A stretch of DNA of 64,000 nt from Lingula anatina. Its lineage: Eukaryota; Animalia; Brachiopoda. The stretch spans positions 42,076,788-42,140,787 of the forward strand of contig CM120640.1 in the NCBI GenBank assembly GCA_051362555.1. Direction: 5' to 3'. Numbering within the stretch: position 1 is the stretch's first letter; the number at the start of each line of letters is the position of its first letter. The notes under the pieces are model-generated. The model had not been told where the DNA came from and ran no database searches. It saw only the letters and a list, made by a program, of their open reading frames with translations. This document shows, piece after piece, positions 40,401-60,892 of this stretch. A program made the position numbers and the translations under genes.

Positions 40401-42614
40401 AGTGAATGATTAAATCTGACAAACTGCAATGATATGAGTTTGTTTCCATTTTTGAAACTTTATTACACAATACAAGATAACAAGTTTACCATCATTTTTA
40501 CATAATCAACTAATAATGTTGTAAAGATGCAGGAAATGTCAACCAAACACTTTTACATGTCTTATTAGTTAAATAATAAGACTGTTAACATGCCTAAGAA
40601 TTGAATCTGAGGAAATGTGAAACAAGACAGCACTGTTCTGACATGGGTTTATTTCCATTTTTAACACTTTTTTTAACATAAAACAAAATAAACAGTTTAC
40701 TGCCATTTTTATAGCATCAACTAAGATAATTGATGAGATGGGAAAATATCAATAGAATAGTGTTAAATGTCCAATTTCCTCCATTCTGAGATTCTGAACA
40801 TAGTGAATGATTGAATCTGACAAACTGCAATGATATGAGTTTATTTCCATTTTTGACACTTTATTACACAATACACGATAACAAGTTTACCATCATTTTT
40901 ACATAATCTACTAACAATGTTGTAAAGATGCAGGAAATGTCAAACAAACACTTTAATGTATCTTATTAGTAAAATAATAAGACTGTTAACATGCCTAAGA
41001 ATTGAATCTGAGGAAATGTGAAAAAACAGCATAACTTCTAAAATAATGGCCCGATTATGCTGATTTTCGAACTCAACCTGCGTTTTAGTAAGATTGACCA
41101 CTCCTGTGAGTTTAATGACAATTGGCCCATCTGTTTTTCTTAAATTGTGTTTACAGTGTTGCACATATGCTGAAAAAAGGAAAAAACAGCATAACTACTA
41201 AAATAGTGGCCCGATCATGCCCATTTTCGGACTTGACCTGCGTTTTAAAAAGATTGATTACTTCTCTGAGTTTCATGACAACAGGCCTAACGGTTTTCCT
41301 TAAAATGTGTTTACAGGGTTGCATATATGCTGAAAAGTGAAAAAACAGCATAACTTCTACAATAATGGCCCGATCATGCTGATTTTCGAACTTGACCTGC
41401 GTTTTATGAATATTCATCAGCTCTGTAAATATAAAACCAAAAAATAAAACTGTGTTCCACTTATCGTGTTTACAGTGAAAGTGCACGGCGACGGCATCGC
41501 CATCGGCATCGGCATCGGCATCGGCATCGGCGACGACGGCGACGACAGACGCAGGTGATGGCAATATGTACAGACACATCTGTGTCTGTACATAAAAAGA
41601 CGAGGAACAAGGAACATCCAATTCTCTTATTTAAATTGAATCTAAACTACTTAAAAGTCGTGGTTCAAATGACGTATTATATTATAAACGCAGTTCGTAA
41701 CCATCGTAAAGGACTATAATAAGTATCTAAATTGTGACATAAAGCTTGTCGACGAGAAACTGAATAGGATAAAAGCTGTCCTCTTCAACCAAATTGTTGC
41801 TAATGTACAAAATAAGAAGGTATAAAAAACAGCTTACAGATAATAAAAACACATTCCCTAGTGAAAAGCGGTGGGGCGCAGTGGCGGATTTAGAGGGGAG
41901 GGGCCAGGGGGGTCCTGACCCCCCCTTCGATTTCTAAAAAAAACTCACACTTGAAATTAGAATTTTGATTAGCTGAATCGTACTTCTAAACAGTACCAAA
42001 TGGCACCGTTCGTCCTCTAAAATACTAAAAATTTTCAGGGTTTCAGGGCATAACCATTGCACTGACCTCATACAGGCAAACTTTTTCTCTTAAATCTAAT
42101 AACTGTCACCAATGAGATCTATTGCACGATACAAATTGATATCTCGACCCGTAGAAAAAAAAGTGCTATGCCAGCATCTATCAGTCTATCAATTTTTAAT
42201 TGAGAGGTCACACTGCATAAATAAACTTATTCTAGCGTTGCTGTTATTATTGTTTTTTTATTGTGTAAATCTCTCTAACTCTTAATGTTCTTCCGGGTCT
42301 TTTTTTTTTACTGTGTATCAGCTGCTTCCCCCAGCTTAGACACACAGCCAATATGTGAGCTGTTCCAAGTATGACCGACAATTCTGCACTTCCAACAATG
42401 TCCGGCATGGCTAACTTCTCAAATCAGGTCTTTGCATTCTTCGACATTGTTCAAAGTGATCCAGTGACGATTGATATCACTGACACTTTCGGTGCTCTGT
42501 GAATTCTCTTAATTTCAAATGCTAGATCCTGATATCTGTCCACTTTCTCTTCCTCAATCTTGATGGGTACTGCTGCATTAATTTATGTCCATTCCTGTGT
42601 ATCTCACTAGAGTC

Positions 42615-42686
<72 letters not shown>

Positions 42687-44737
42687 GGCCACTGAAGGGG
42701 TGATGATGGGCGTGTATTACAGAATGTACGCATTTTTACAACTGGATACCCGTTCTGCAGTTATACCTCCCTTCTACGGAACACCAAAATAAATTACATA
42801 ATAAATTGTTCCCTTTGGGATTTGATTATCAGATTAGCGTAAGCCTAAATAGTTTCCCTAGGCACCTAGGAAGATATTTATGTCATTAAACGTAATGTAA
42901 TTTTAGGTTCCCAACAATGTAAAGCCAACATGAAAGAATTTTATAAAGGCATGCATCACTTGAATTGATCATACATTCTTGCACGATGTAAAAGTGATTT
43001 CGGGCAACATTTCCACTCTGATATTTATTCATTAAATCATTCAGTACCTATCCCTGTGTTATCAAACACGCCCAGCACACAGAGTATAAGAAATTTCGAA
43101 TTAGCAAATCCTAGGACCTCACATTAAGACTAAAACAGACTTTCATTATCATCAATATCGGCGAGTGAGATACATAAATAGCACTGCCCTAATGTAGTTA
43201 TCGGAAATGGTCCATTCCTTCCCAGTAATTGTCCGTCTTTCACTATTTAGACCATAGGTTGCTGGTATAAAGAAGTTGCAATGGAGTGACTCAGATTTTG
43301 CGTCCAATATTCATCGCATGATCTCTGCAAACTCACAGCTCAGTAACAGTGGAGGTGACCAATTTTCTCGGGGTTGGAGCTTTGTGGGCTCCCGAAGGAT
43401 ACATATCATTATAAAAGAGATGTTACTATGAAATAGGCGCATTTCCCAAACCATTAGGGCACACTGATTTCGGTTGTTTAAATGGCGGTGTGAGGGTTAA
43501 TATTTATTTACAGGCCCATTCGACTGCTTTGTTCAGCAGCGAATTCACGGGTTGAACGTTACAAGCTGGGAGACTTACGTGCGATATCGATAGAAAGCTT
43601 ATCAATTTCGTATTCATATATCTCGTGGGGTTATTGTTCAGAAACACCTTTATCTAATGCCTGGTTATGCAATAGGTTTTTCCTCTGGCCTTGGGGAGAC
43701 ATTGGCTCTATCCTCTCTTATTACAACGCACTGGGGCACAAGAGAAAAGATCGATATAAAATGATAACACGCAGAAAGCAATGTGCTTGCCTGTTCCTTT
43801 AATAATCAGGACGTCAAAAGTGTGTTTCTGTGTCACTGTTCGTTCCGTTGGGCAAGGATACAAAACATATCAAGCAGCAATAGAGAAAGCGAGCACGTTG
43901 AAATTATAATAAAACAGTAGTGCGGCATGTAAAACAAGTAGGCGTTCGGTTAAAATATGGCGTGATAGTTCACAACCAAAATGTGGTTGTGGTTTCGTGA
44001 CATCGGGTCGTAATTTAGACTCTCTAATACAAAGTAACTCTCAGTCAGAAAATGTCATCAGATATATCAGGACGTCTTTTAGCTTATCTCAAAAGTCACG
44101 AGGAAATTACCTTCGTTGCCCTGTAGAACTGACGTAGGGATCCAAGGCAGTTAAAATGACATGCCTCGGCTTCAACGAAGGGATGATTTGTGGGTTTAGG
44201 CACTGGACTCATCAGTGTCAGGCGGTCACAACGGTCGCCTGCGGTGCATGCGCTGTTATGGGACATTGTTTTGCTCCATGTACTACATATTTAAAGCTAC
44301 TCTCTGACCACAGGGTGTGCTAGTAGTTTGGTACAAAATTTTGGTATCGCTGATGCTTAAATCAAGTATACTATTTTAGAAGCCTCTGATATCAGGCTCC
44401 AGTTTCACAAAAAAAAAAAAAAAAAAAAAAACTTAAATCAGTTCTCGGCCCTAGTTGACAAGGATTTCCATGAGAGTGCTGTAACACTGTTCCAGATAGA
44501 GTAATACAGGCCCGTAGCCAGGGGGGGTTCGGGGGGTTCGAAAGAACCCCCCTTTTTGCTGGAAAAAGGTCCACTCTGGGTAAAATTTGACCTAGGTACA
44601 TGGGGATTATATGGTAAAAGGTCCACTTTTTCAGAAAAAGAACCCCCCCTTTGAAATTGCTGGCTACGGGCCTGGTAATATGTGCGTATATGACCCTGTA
44701 ACGTTGGTAATTTACTTCTTAGCCAGGGAACCCGACA

Positions 44738-44789
<52 letters not shown>

Positions 44790-45889
44790 TGAAACCGGGG
44801 CCAAGGGGTAATGCAAAAATGTGTCATCTGAATTCTTATCAGAGCTTCGTGTGCACCTTCGCCTTGGCTTGTTAGATGACAGCCTCACTTATTCAGACAT
44901 GAATAGATTTTGGTTGAAATTCTTGTGTTTATCAATTAATAAAAATTGAGCTGCCGTGTGTGTGTGTGCGTGTGTGTCGGGGGGGGGGGGGGGCGGGGGG
45001 CAGGGGGTGATGTCCGGATCCCACTCTATAAAAACCCTTCTGGTTATTAATTACACAAAACTTATAATACAACAGTTTCTTTATCTGCGCTTTTTCGTGG
45101 AAACCGGTATCACAATTGTTGTCAAGGGCCAAATGATAGCTGATGAATAGTGTTGAAGAGCTTCTTGAGCTTTGAAACTAGTAGTTTTTTTCTCCGATAG
45201 TCCTTATTATCATACAACAGCGCACTCCCTATAGTTACTGAGTTAATTTTAATTCCAAATAAATATAAACGATGTCAAGCACGGATTATCTATCTTGCCG
45301 ATTAAGTCAGTGACGCAGGTTGATGAAAAATAGTTCTTTTTAGCGTCGAACCCTTATAGAGTACTCATCGTATTTGAACGGTCTTCTCTCACTATACCAC
45401 TTAACTTTTCATTTCCTACTTGCATCGGCGTAATAGACCTACTGTTTAGTCACTGAATATATATTCGCAAAAATAATCTTGCGCCTAATTAACGACAAAT
45501 AAGCACTAGTATTATTTGCGGAAGGGTCGAAATAAAACTTTTTTTCAGTCATTAGAGAAAACCCCAATTTCGTTGAGTCAAACAGTTTAGTTGGGCTCAT
45601 TTCCAAAAATAGCACCGGGGAAAAGTAACAGGTCAAGTATCGATTCATTGCTAACATTCTCATGGCATAAGATACCTGACATACAAACTACCAGTGTTCT
45701 TCTAGGTTACTAAAATAAATCACTCGGAGTAGAACGCTGGGACTAAAATAGCAGCAATGTTCTGAGCATGACTGAAAGACTCATATTCTTTTAGGCAGAA
45801 TCAAGGTCGTAGATATGTAGCAGAATTAAGTCTCTTAAAGTACTGATGTTCGGATTTCGGCAATCAACAATACATGCCATCAGAACTGA

Positions 45890-45933
<44 letters not shown>

Positions 45934-48658
45934 AAAACAACACATAATGTAGAACCTCTAATGCTGCTTATTTTAGGTACTCGCTGCTATCATTTGCCTT
46001 TGTTCACTCATAGTGAAGCATAATTGAATATCTTAATTATTTTTGTGTGGTCACTGTTCAGTATAACTTCCTTTTTTCATTATAAAATAACTTTATTTCC
46101 GTTTTCATTGAATATACTACATCTGCACTGAATTTAAACCTATGCGCCCGCGCCTTTGATGATTTAAGACATTCTTGTGAGGTCAACTTTACGAGCCTTA
46201 AACATGGCTGTGGTCAGGCAACAGAAAATGTTTAACGCGTATCGACGCACTTCTCACAGATCTACCAAAATTACACAATTTATTCACAGGCACGCATAAT
46301 TCTTAATTTACCAAAGTACAGTGCGATAAGAACCAAAGAGATATGCCACTTCACTGTGTCTACTGATTTGATTTAATCGTGACTTAAAGACAAAGCCAGC
46401 CCCCCCCCCCCCCCCCCCCTCCGAACATCTTTTATTCACGTCAGTCCTGAGCGCAGGAAACTAGAGGGAGATACAAATGGCCTACCTAGACGTAAACGCG
46501 AAAGAAATACCTCTACTTTTCTTGGACATATGAATAGCTATAATTTTCAATTGCCATTGGACATTTTGTTTAAGAAAATTTACCAAGTTTGTTTGTAGCT
46601 GCTTATGGCCATGTCACATCCTGATACTTTTCATATCCGGAAAGGTCTATAATTTAGTGATGACGACCAAGGCTGCATCGCCTCCAGTGTAGCGCACGCT
46701 ATGCTATACTATACGGGAAGGCAGCCATCTAATCGTTATGTTCATGCAACATTAAGGGCCACTCTCCCCGCGATACTCTTATGACTAATATAATTATTTT
46801 CGTGGCGGGGAATCTTGTGACGGCTAATCACCAAGTTTCCCCTTCCGTAAAGGCAGATGTCAAGTGCAGGCTATCAAGCACTGGGAGGGGCAAATTGCAG
46901 CTATTTACAGTGGATGATGAGTAATATGGGAGGATAATCCTCACCTATCTTGGGTAAACAAACAACAAAACACACACACCCTATCTACACCCACTTTCTA
47001 ACTTATTTGCACTGATACAGACTGAGAGCGACTTCATATACATGTACATACTTCTCCATGATAGGGTCACGAACGTTGTGCCATATATTTATATCCACAC
47101 AGGCTACAGGACAGTGTAGAGAATGGTCTACCCGTGTGCAAAACCGTTACGCCTTTCACAAATTCCAGCTTGTTTGCACCTCTAACAAAGTATATTTAAA
47201 GTGTGCCTCATTTAAATGGAAAACTCCCCATTCCTAAAGCCCCCATGACAGACACTTACTGAGTGGAGCTACAGGCTGCCATGTGTTGCTTTACTGTATA
47301 TATATATTTGTACAGATCCCAATGTTACAGTGTTGTTATGTCACATTCCAGAGAGGGCTATGATGAACTCGAGATGGTGAAGTTAATTACAGAGTAACAC
47401 ACAATGCACAGACGGTCACATAAAGCGACAGCGAGGCGCACCTTGACCCCAATTAAATGTAAAATATGCACCACTTGAGCACTTAAGCACTGATACTATA
47501 TCGTAAATTCGGTCCAAAACTCGATTATCAAAACATCTAGAAGGCACCATATCTAAAAGAGTAAGCATGATTCATTTTTAAGACGACGTTTCGAGACTCA
47601 TGTTCGGTACAGAATTGTTAAGTAAGCCAATGTTTATGAATTTTCGGAGACGATATTGGTGTGAAAAATAGGCCCTAAGTTCGAATTGTAAAAGCAATAT
47701 ATATAGAGGTCTCGGTTTCCATACATTTTCGAGGTCAGCCGGCACCAGTAGTGGAAAACTTTGCCTTCACAGACATCCGCCCCTAGCGCGTTACATCCGT
47801 TTAGAATGAGTGCTGGTTTGTTCTGTAACTGCAACGTTGGTGTTATATTACTGAGATTGCATTGTTGACCCAAGATGTCAGTCGAACGTTGGCATAACAA
47901 TCTAAATGTAGTTACATCGATTGAACGCTTAGTGCTCTTTTCTTTGATAGACTGCGAAAACAAAGCGGGCAGCGTCTGTATATTTCATATATCTAAGCCT
48001 CGATGTTTATGAGTAAAGAGGTACGAGGTAAAATGTTCTTTATAGGCAAATTACCTCATTAGTGCTACGAGTTGTGTGTATATATGGAGGGCACATCAGT
48101 TCTGGTTTGAATTGTTTTTAACGGTGACCTAGTTTAAGGAATAGAAAACAAAGACATTCATGTGTATACAATCTGTAATTGAGGCCTCTTCGCAAAGGAT
48201 CAAATACAGTCTCCGAAAATGACTTCATTTGTAGACAAGGGCCATTCTACGGAACCACTGTTTTGCTAATTATGCACAATGTTTCGATTAGTTCTTACGT
48301 GCATTGATCGTACTGCAGGCAAATATGCACGGGCTGTTGCGATAACATCATCAGATCTCTACACAGCTGGAAGGGTTCACATATTTTATCCACATATAAA
48401 CCTGGCAGCTTCCAGCAGCCTTTGCATGCATAGCCTCTTAGCGCAGCCTCGCTACGTATTTGACCCTAGCAGCTCCCGAAGCTTTCTGACTCGTACATAG
48501 GGCTGGGGCGTACAATAAACACGGCGTCAGAATGAACAATGTAAACAGTGAAAATAGATTGAATTTACGGGTGAACTTACCCAAAATATGAAGTTGAACG
48601 CAAAAACCAAGTATTTGATGCAGCCGTAACAACCGCCTAGACCTTCTCCTTTTCCCAT
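33506..48658 (-). CDS. Tetraspanin (CD9/CD81/CD63-like family), isoform with proximal last exon, 228 aa
   Basis: All phase-0 exons: 48658-48581 (MGKGEGLGGCYGCIKYLVFAFNFIFW), 37092-36892 (LVGCALVAVGIW...GFCGCCGAIRESQCMLGT), 36558-36484 (TM3), 36131-36039, 35333-35244 (FECCGAYG, the CCG motif), 34105-34022 (GCADAM...TM4), 33571-33506 (LVGMILSMLLCCAVREVTSAA*). Confidence 0.93.
34446..34967 (+). mobile_element. Internally deleted Tc1/mariner-type transposon in a tetraspanin intron
   Basis: Imperfect terminal inverted repeats (cactgac.aatgaaaacgcatca / tgatgcgttttcattgagtgtcagta), a TATA-like tatataag at 34685, and ORF 34726-34812 MMPRLTLEERLQALGMLEAGQNQRDLIT*, which resembles a Tc1 transposase N-terminal HTH. 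Confidence 0.7.
38990..41598 (-). mobile_element. Two tandem copies of a HINE/DINE-1/pearl-like non-autonomous element with internal tandem repeats
   Basis: Copies at ~38990-39980 and ~40000-41598. Features: a terminal 14-bp perfect hairpin tatgtacagacaca-tc-tgtgtctgtacata (41565-41594) beside an A run, a (GGCATC)n/(GAC)n microsatellite, ~150-bp sub-repeats, and an internal ~400-bp duplication in copy 2. Confidence 0.7.
42240..42610 (-). mobile_element. 3' remnant of an R4/Dong-like RLE non-LTR retrotransposon
   Basis: The minus strand translates INAAVPIKIEEEKVDRYQDLAFEIKRIH...VISIVTGSL*...ILGTAHIL, matching the restriction-like endonuclease C-terminus of the R4 clade. It has in-frame stops and lies next to (TAA)n. 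Confidence 0.7.
42617..42685. repeat. (TTA)n microsatellite
   Basis: Direct inspection. Confidence 0.95.
44395..44802. mobile_element. MITE with GGCYCCRGTTTCACAAA termini and poly(A)/poly(T) arms (PIF/Harbinger-like)
   Basis: Left end ggctccagtttcacaaa(A)n versus right end (T)ngtgaaaccggggcc, a 15/17 inverted match. Confidence 0.6.
44507..44674. mobile_element. 168-bp MITE nested in the preceding element
   Basis: TIR caggcccgtagccag / ctggctacgggcctg, flanked by a 6-bp direct repeat gtaata. Confidence 0.85.
45892..45930. repeat. (TG)n microsatellite
   Basis: Direct inspection. Confidence 0.95.
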
Positions 48659-49431
48659 TTTGTGTTCTTACAAATTCAATATCTCTTGCAAATTGGTCTT
48701 CGTCGACTATCGTCTCTCAAGCACTCTGTGATGATAACCTGTCTTGGTTTTCTGCCTTACCACGCCTAGAGTAATACCGCAGCCTACGCTGTATACCTAA
48801 ATTAGCGGGCGGGATCAAGTTTCCCAAGATAGCACATTGTGTGGCTCGTAAGGAAAACGGCGATGTTCAGCTGACCCACAAATCATTCGATGCATCAGTT
48901 GAGACATTCATATCCATGTTCACTAGGCGTTTCACTGAAATTACTGTCAACATGATCCGGTAATGCGTACGTTGATATACGTATCGTATTAAAGCCCTGA
49001 GGCTGCTTGGTTCAAGCTGATATGTAACAAAATACAGAAATGCTCATAATGTACATCTAAGTACTGGGAAACCAAAGATATCAAGAATTGGAGGCATGTT
49101 TTCCACCACGCCCTCTTCTCCTTTCAAATCAAAACAAATTTCCTTTCAGGAAAAGGGCAGGGCATATCTTAATTCACAATCTCAATGCGACGTACATTGC
49201 GCAAGGAAGCTGTTATATATGTATCATTTGAGTTATTCAATTTAAGCTTTAAATATTTTCTCACCACTTCTAACGGCAGCTTCTAGTAGGACTACCAGAA
49301 TTTCAAGGCGATACTTTGGAGATCATGGCAATTGATCTGTCATTATTTGTTCCCTCCCACCTCGTCTATCCTCCCCATTGCCCCCTTTTCATTTTCATTC
49401 TCAAAAAAAAAAAAAAAAAAAAAAAATCTAC

Positions 49432-49432
<1 letters not shown>

Positions 49433-49478
<46 letters not shown>
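49433..49478. repeat. (TCTA)n microsatellite preceded by poly(A)
   Basis: Direct inspection. Confidence 0.95.
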
Positions 49479-49739
49479 CAGAGCGTGTGTGTGCATTGCA
49501 AATAGCTATATCTTAAAACTAAGTCAGCAGGTGTTTGCTATTCGAGAGGTGCGTGAGATGTATCTCGAAAAAATGAAAACTAAATAAGTTACCCATTAAA
49601 CCTCTGTCAGCAACATTAATTTGAAGAAGAATATAGAAAACGCATGTGTACGAAATTTACTTTCATCTTCCATTTCTATCAGCCTCAATATGAACAAACA
49701 GAACGACAGGTCAGACAAGAAGTTGTTACAACTTCTTGG

Positions 49740-49945
49740 GTCAGGACAAGTCAGGTCACTATCGTAGCCACACGGCCGTTGGGACTCTTTGATGAGTTCA
49801 CAATTTTCCTCCATCCCTCGCGGTCCCTCGTCTGTCTGACACAAGTCGTTGCGTTTCGCTTCGAATTCGTCCAAGCTACGATATCTCCTTTCCATGTGTT
49901 TCTTGGCCGCCCTCTGCCTCGGCTTCCTTCAACTGCTCCTTTATT
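49740..49945 (-). mobile_element. 5'-truncated 3' end of an RTE-clade LINE
   Basis: ORF 49751-50032(-) contains KGAVEGSRGRGRPRNTWKGDI...RDREGWRKIV, the typical RTE ORF C-terminal motif, followed by a short-repeat tail. Confidence 0.75.
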
Positions 49946-51391
49946 TGTGCAAACGTCAAAAATTCTACTTGTATCTCGTGAAAGCAGAAGGAATAGGAGA
50001 CTTCGATTCTGGGAAGGTGTTGAAAAACACAAAAAGTCGCTGGTGTAGGGTAGACTTATTATTCAAACTTAAGTCTTTGAGAACGCAGAGAGTTGTTCTA
50101 TGCTGCATAAAGGAGTGCTAGTAAATTGTGGCGGTAAAGCGTTCTTGTGGTCGACAATTGACAAAAATCGTGAGACATTGTATTTCGATTCTATTCCGCC
50201 TACACATAAGCAGGGATACTAAAGGAATGCCTTGTCGTTTTCTATTTAAAAGTACTTTGTAAATGATGCGTTTCTGCATTCAAAGGGAGGTTAATTTTAT
50301 TCGATTGATGAAACGGCAACTGTACAACGCGCAATTTAAGACACGAAGATTCTGTTTGTGTCCGAAAATGTCGGTTGATCTGAATTGAAAATGAACTAGG
50401 CTTAACCGCAACCTCATACAAGGTGCAAAATGACGATATATACATGGAGGAAAACTTAGACTACTACTCACGAGCAGGGATTAACACTATGGAATGCCAT
50501 TTCGATTTCGTTTATAGAAGTAGTAACTTTTCAGTTCAACAGGTGATATATTTAATTCGAGTGATTACACGGCAACTGTATAATGCGTTATTTCAAGCTT
50601 GGACCTATATATTAAATATTTAGGTCCAAGTTTCAAGGAAGGTTTATTTGTCCAAAAAGGTGATTACGTGTAGGTTGGTCTGAATTGAAATTTATAAAGT
50701 GGCAACCTGATACAGGGCCCAATGTGAGGATGATACACAGGAAAACTTAAACGAGGAAACAAATCACCTCTTTTACGTCATCAACTTGATCACGTCTTTT
50801 GAGAAAATAATAAAAGACAAACAAAATACGCCCCCGTCAGATATCGGGCTGTTAGCGCTACTTTATCCAAGGACCCATGAAACATCATGGTTGGTGGGTC
50901 CTTGCTTTATCAAATATTTCGTAAATCCTGTTGATACACGTATTTATAAAGAAAATAGCTTTTCATTATGTAGGAATAAAGAATCAACGGGGGTTTTATT
51001 GGACAATGGGCGCATCGTTTTTATTCCAACTTCCTTTACATTATTTACCAGTATAAAGACACGGATGTCTATGCAGTGTATGTTTCCATTCATAATTAAA
51101 ACTGCTGTTTTATCACGATTTTCATTTTGACATTAATGACAACACTTTTCAAGAAATGAGAAAGGCTATCGCGGATATGACCAACGTATGCTCATTTCCA
51201 TACTTAATACTGGTAGTTTAAAAATAGTCCTACATGTAGCCACGCAAATTGGAAATAGAACAGGAACTACAAGTAGGTTAACCCATGGAGTGAGTGTTGA
51301 GCACCTTATTTGCATTGGGAATCACGGTCGGAAAACATACAAACTAACATTGGCTTGCTTGACTTACAGTCTCATACTAGGACTAACCCCC

Positions 51392-59419
<8,028 letters not shown>

Positions 59420-59864
59420 TTATGACTTGAAAACCGGTGTTCACGAAGATCATGTTCACAACGTGACTACATGTATCTAAGACCGTAAAATACGTAACTG
59501 ATACTTTCAAATGCTGTGTTGAGCAAGCTGGTAAGATGCGACGCAAGTAAGACTGTTTTCGGTAGGTTTGCCTGGGTGTGAACACAGCTTTAATGACCTT
59601 AATGGACTTTTTGCTGAACTCTTCTAGCATGTTTGACAGTGTTCCTTCATTGCATCACCCTTTACAAATAAATGATGTGATTAGTCTGGAATCCTGACTG
59701 GATCCGCGGGTAAATAAAGATCACGTGTTTGGACTTGAGCTTCGTACTGGAACAAAAAAGTAAAGTCCTGAGACATTGAATTATTCATGATTGTACCTCT
59801 AAGGAAATGATACCATGTTATGTTTTTAGATCTTGGAGTCATTAATTGCTTTAGTGTCTCTTTT

Positions 59865-59895
<31 letters not shown>

Positions 59896-60892
59896 TATAT
59901 TTATTTATTTATTTATTATTATTATTATTATTATTTTTTTTTTTTGCAAATGTCTCATGGAGTGTTGATTAGTGTTCAACATATGCGAAAACGTAAAACT
60001 TTTATATTATATATACATGTATGTACAAGTCAAATTTCTATGGACAATCAAACAGCTGTTTGTTAAGGCAAAGATGCAATATTTGAACGAAAGGTTTATA
60101 GATATATGAGAATAAAGAAAATTTGCCACGCAGGTTTCAGAGTGATGTATGTGGATTTGACCAAAAGACTCGCTAACATTGTAGCTTATGCTGCAAACTA
60201 GGGTAATTATTTAAAATGTTCAAAAGGCTCACATTTTCTAAAGTTATAACTTCTTTTTTCAATATTTAAGTATTTATCATTTACAGTTATCCACAAAAAT
60301 GCACTCTCCAGCCAGATGCAACTAACTATTCAAACATTTGAATCAAAATTTATGAATATTAGCCTACTGACAAAACGTTTTTTGGTTAAATATGTTCATT
60401 CATTTTTCATGATTTTATTATCAATTATCGTAGGGGCATTGTGCACTAATAATATGGTCAGATTTGATTTAATGTGGACAGAACCCAGTCTGCTATCAGA
60501 AATTCCTGTCTTTAATTCTCCAAGACAGCCTAAAATTGAGGTTGAGGTATATCAGGTTTGTTCAAATCCACGAGGTCATCAAAACAAAGAGTGTTTGGTG
60601 AAAGATAAACTTTATAAGATTTAGATAAACTAAAAAAACAGTTTGTCGTTTATTGGTCGTGACAACCTGTCGAGAGGATCCATGTCGATAAACCACAGGC
60701 GGACGCGATTTATTTATATTTGCACGCCCACGTGACGTTTGAAATGTGACACTGCCCAGGACGTGCTAACGAGACTGTCATACGGAGAGGACTTTTATTT
60801 ATGGTATGGTAATCAGGTCAAGGAATAAGACACACATCCTTGATCTAGTGAATTAACGCTGGTGGCTGTGGTCTATTTATGCTGATACTAGA

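Noticed and set aside
39649-41621. Minus-strand ORFs of 141 and 156 aa with similar sequences (ADADAD run)
   Set aside because: They are translations of the repeated non-autonomous element and its hexamer microsatellite.
44438-44827. Poly-Lys / poly-Phe ORFs
   Set aside because: They arise from the homopolymer arms of the MITE.
42700-48500. CpG-rich stretch of tetraspanin intron 1 searched for a nested gene or ncRNA
   Set aside because: I could not recognise a coherent exon chain, tRNA or other RNA motif by eye; a covariance-model search would be needed to exclude one.
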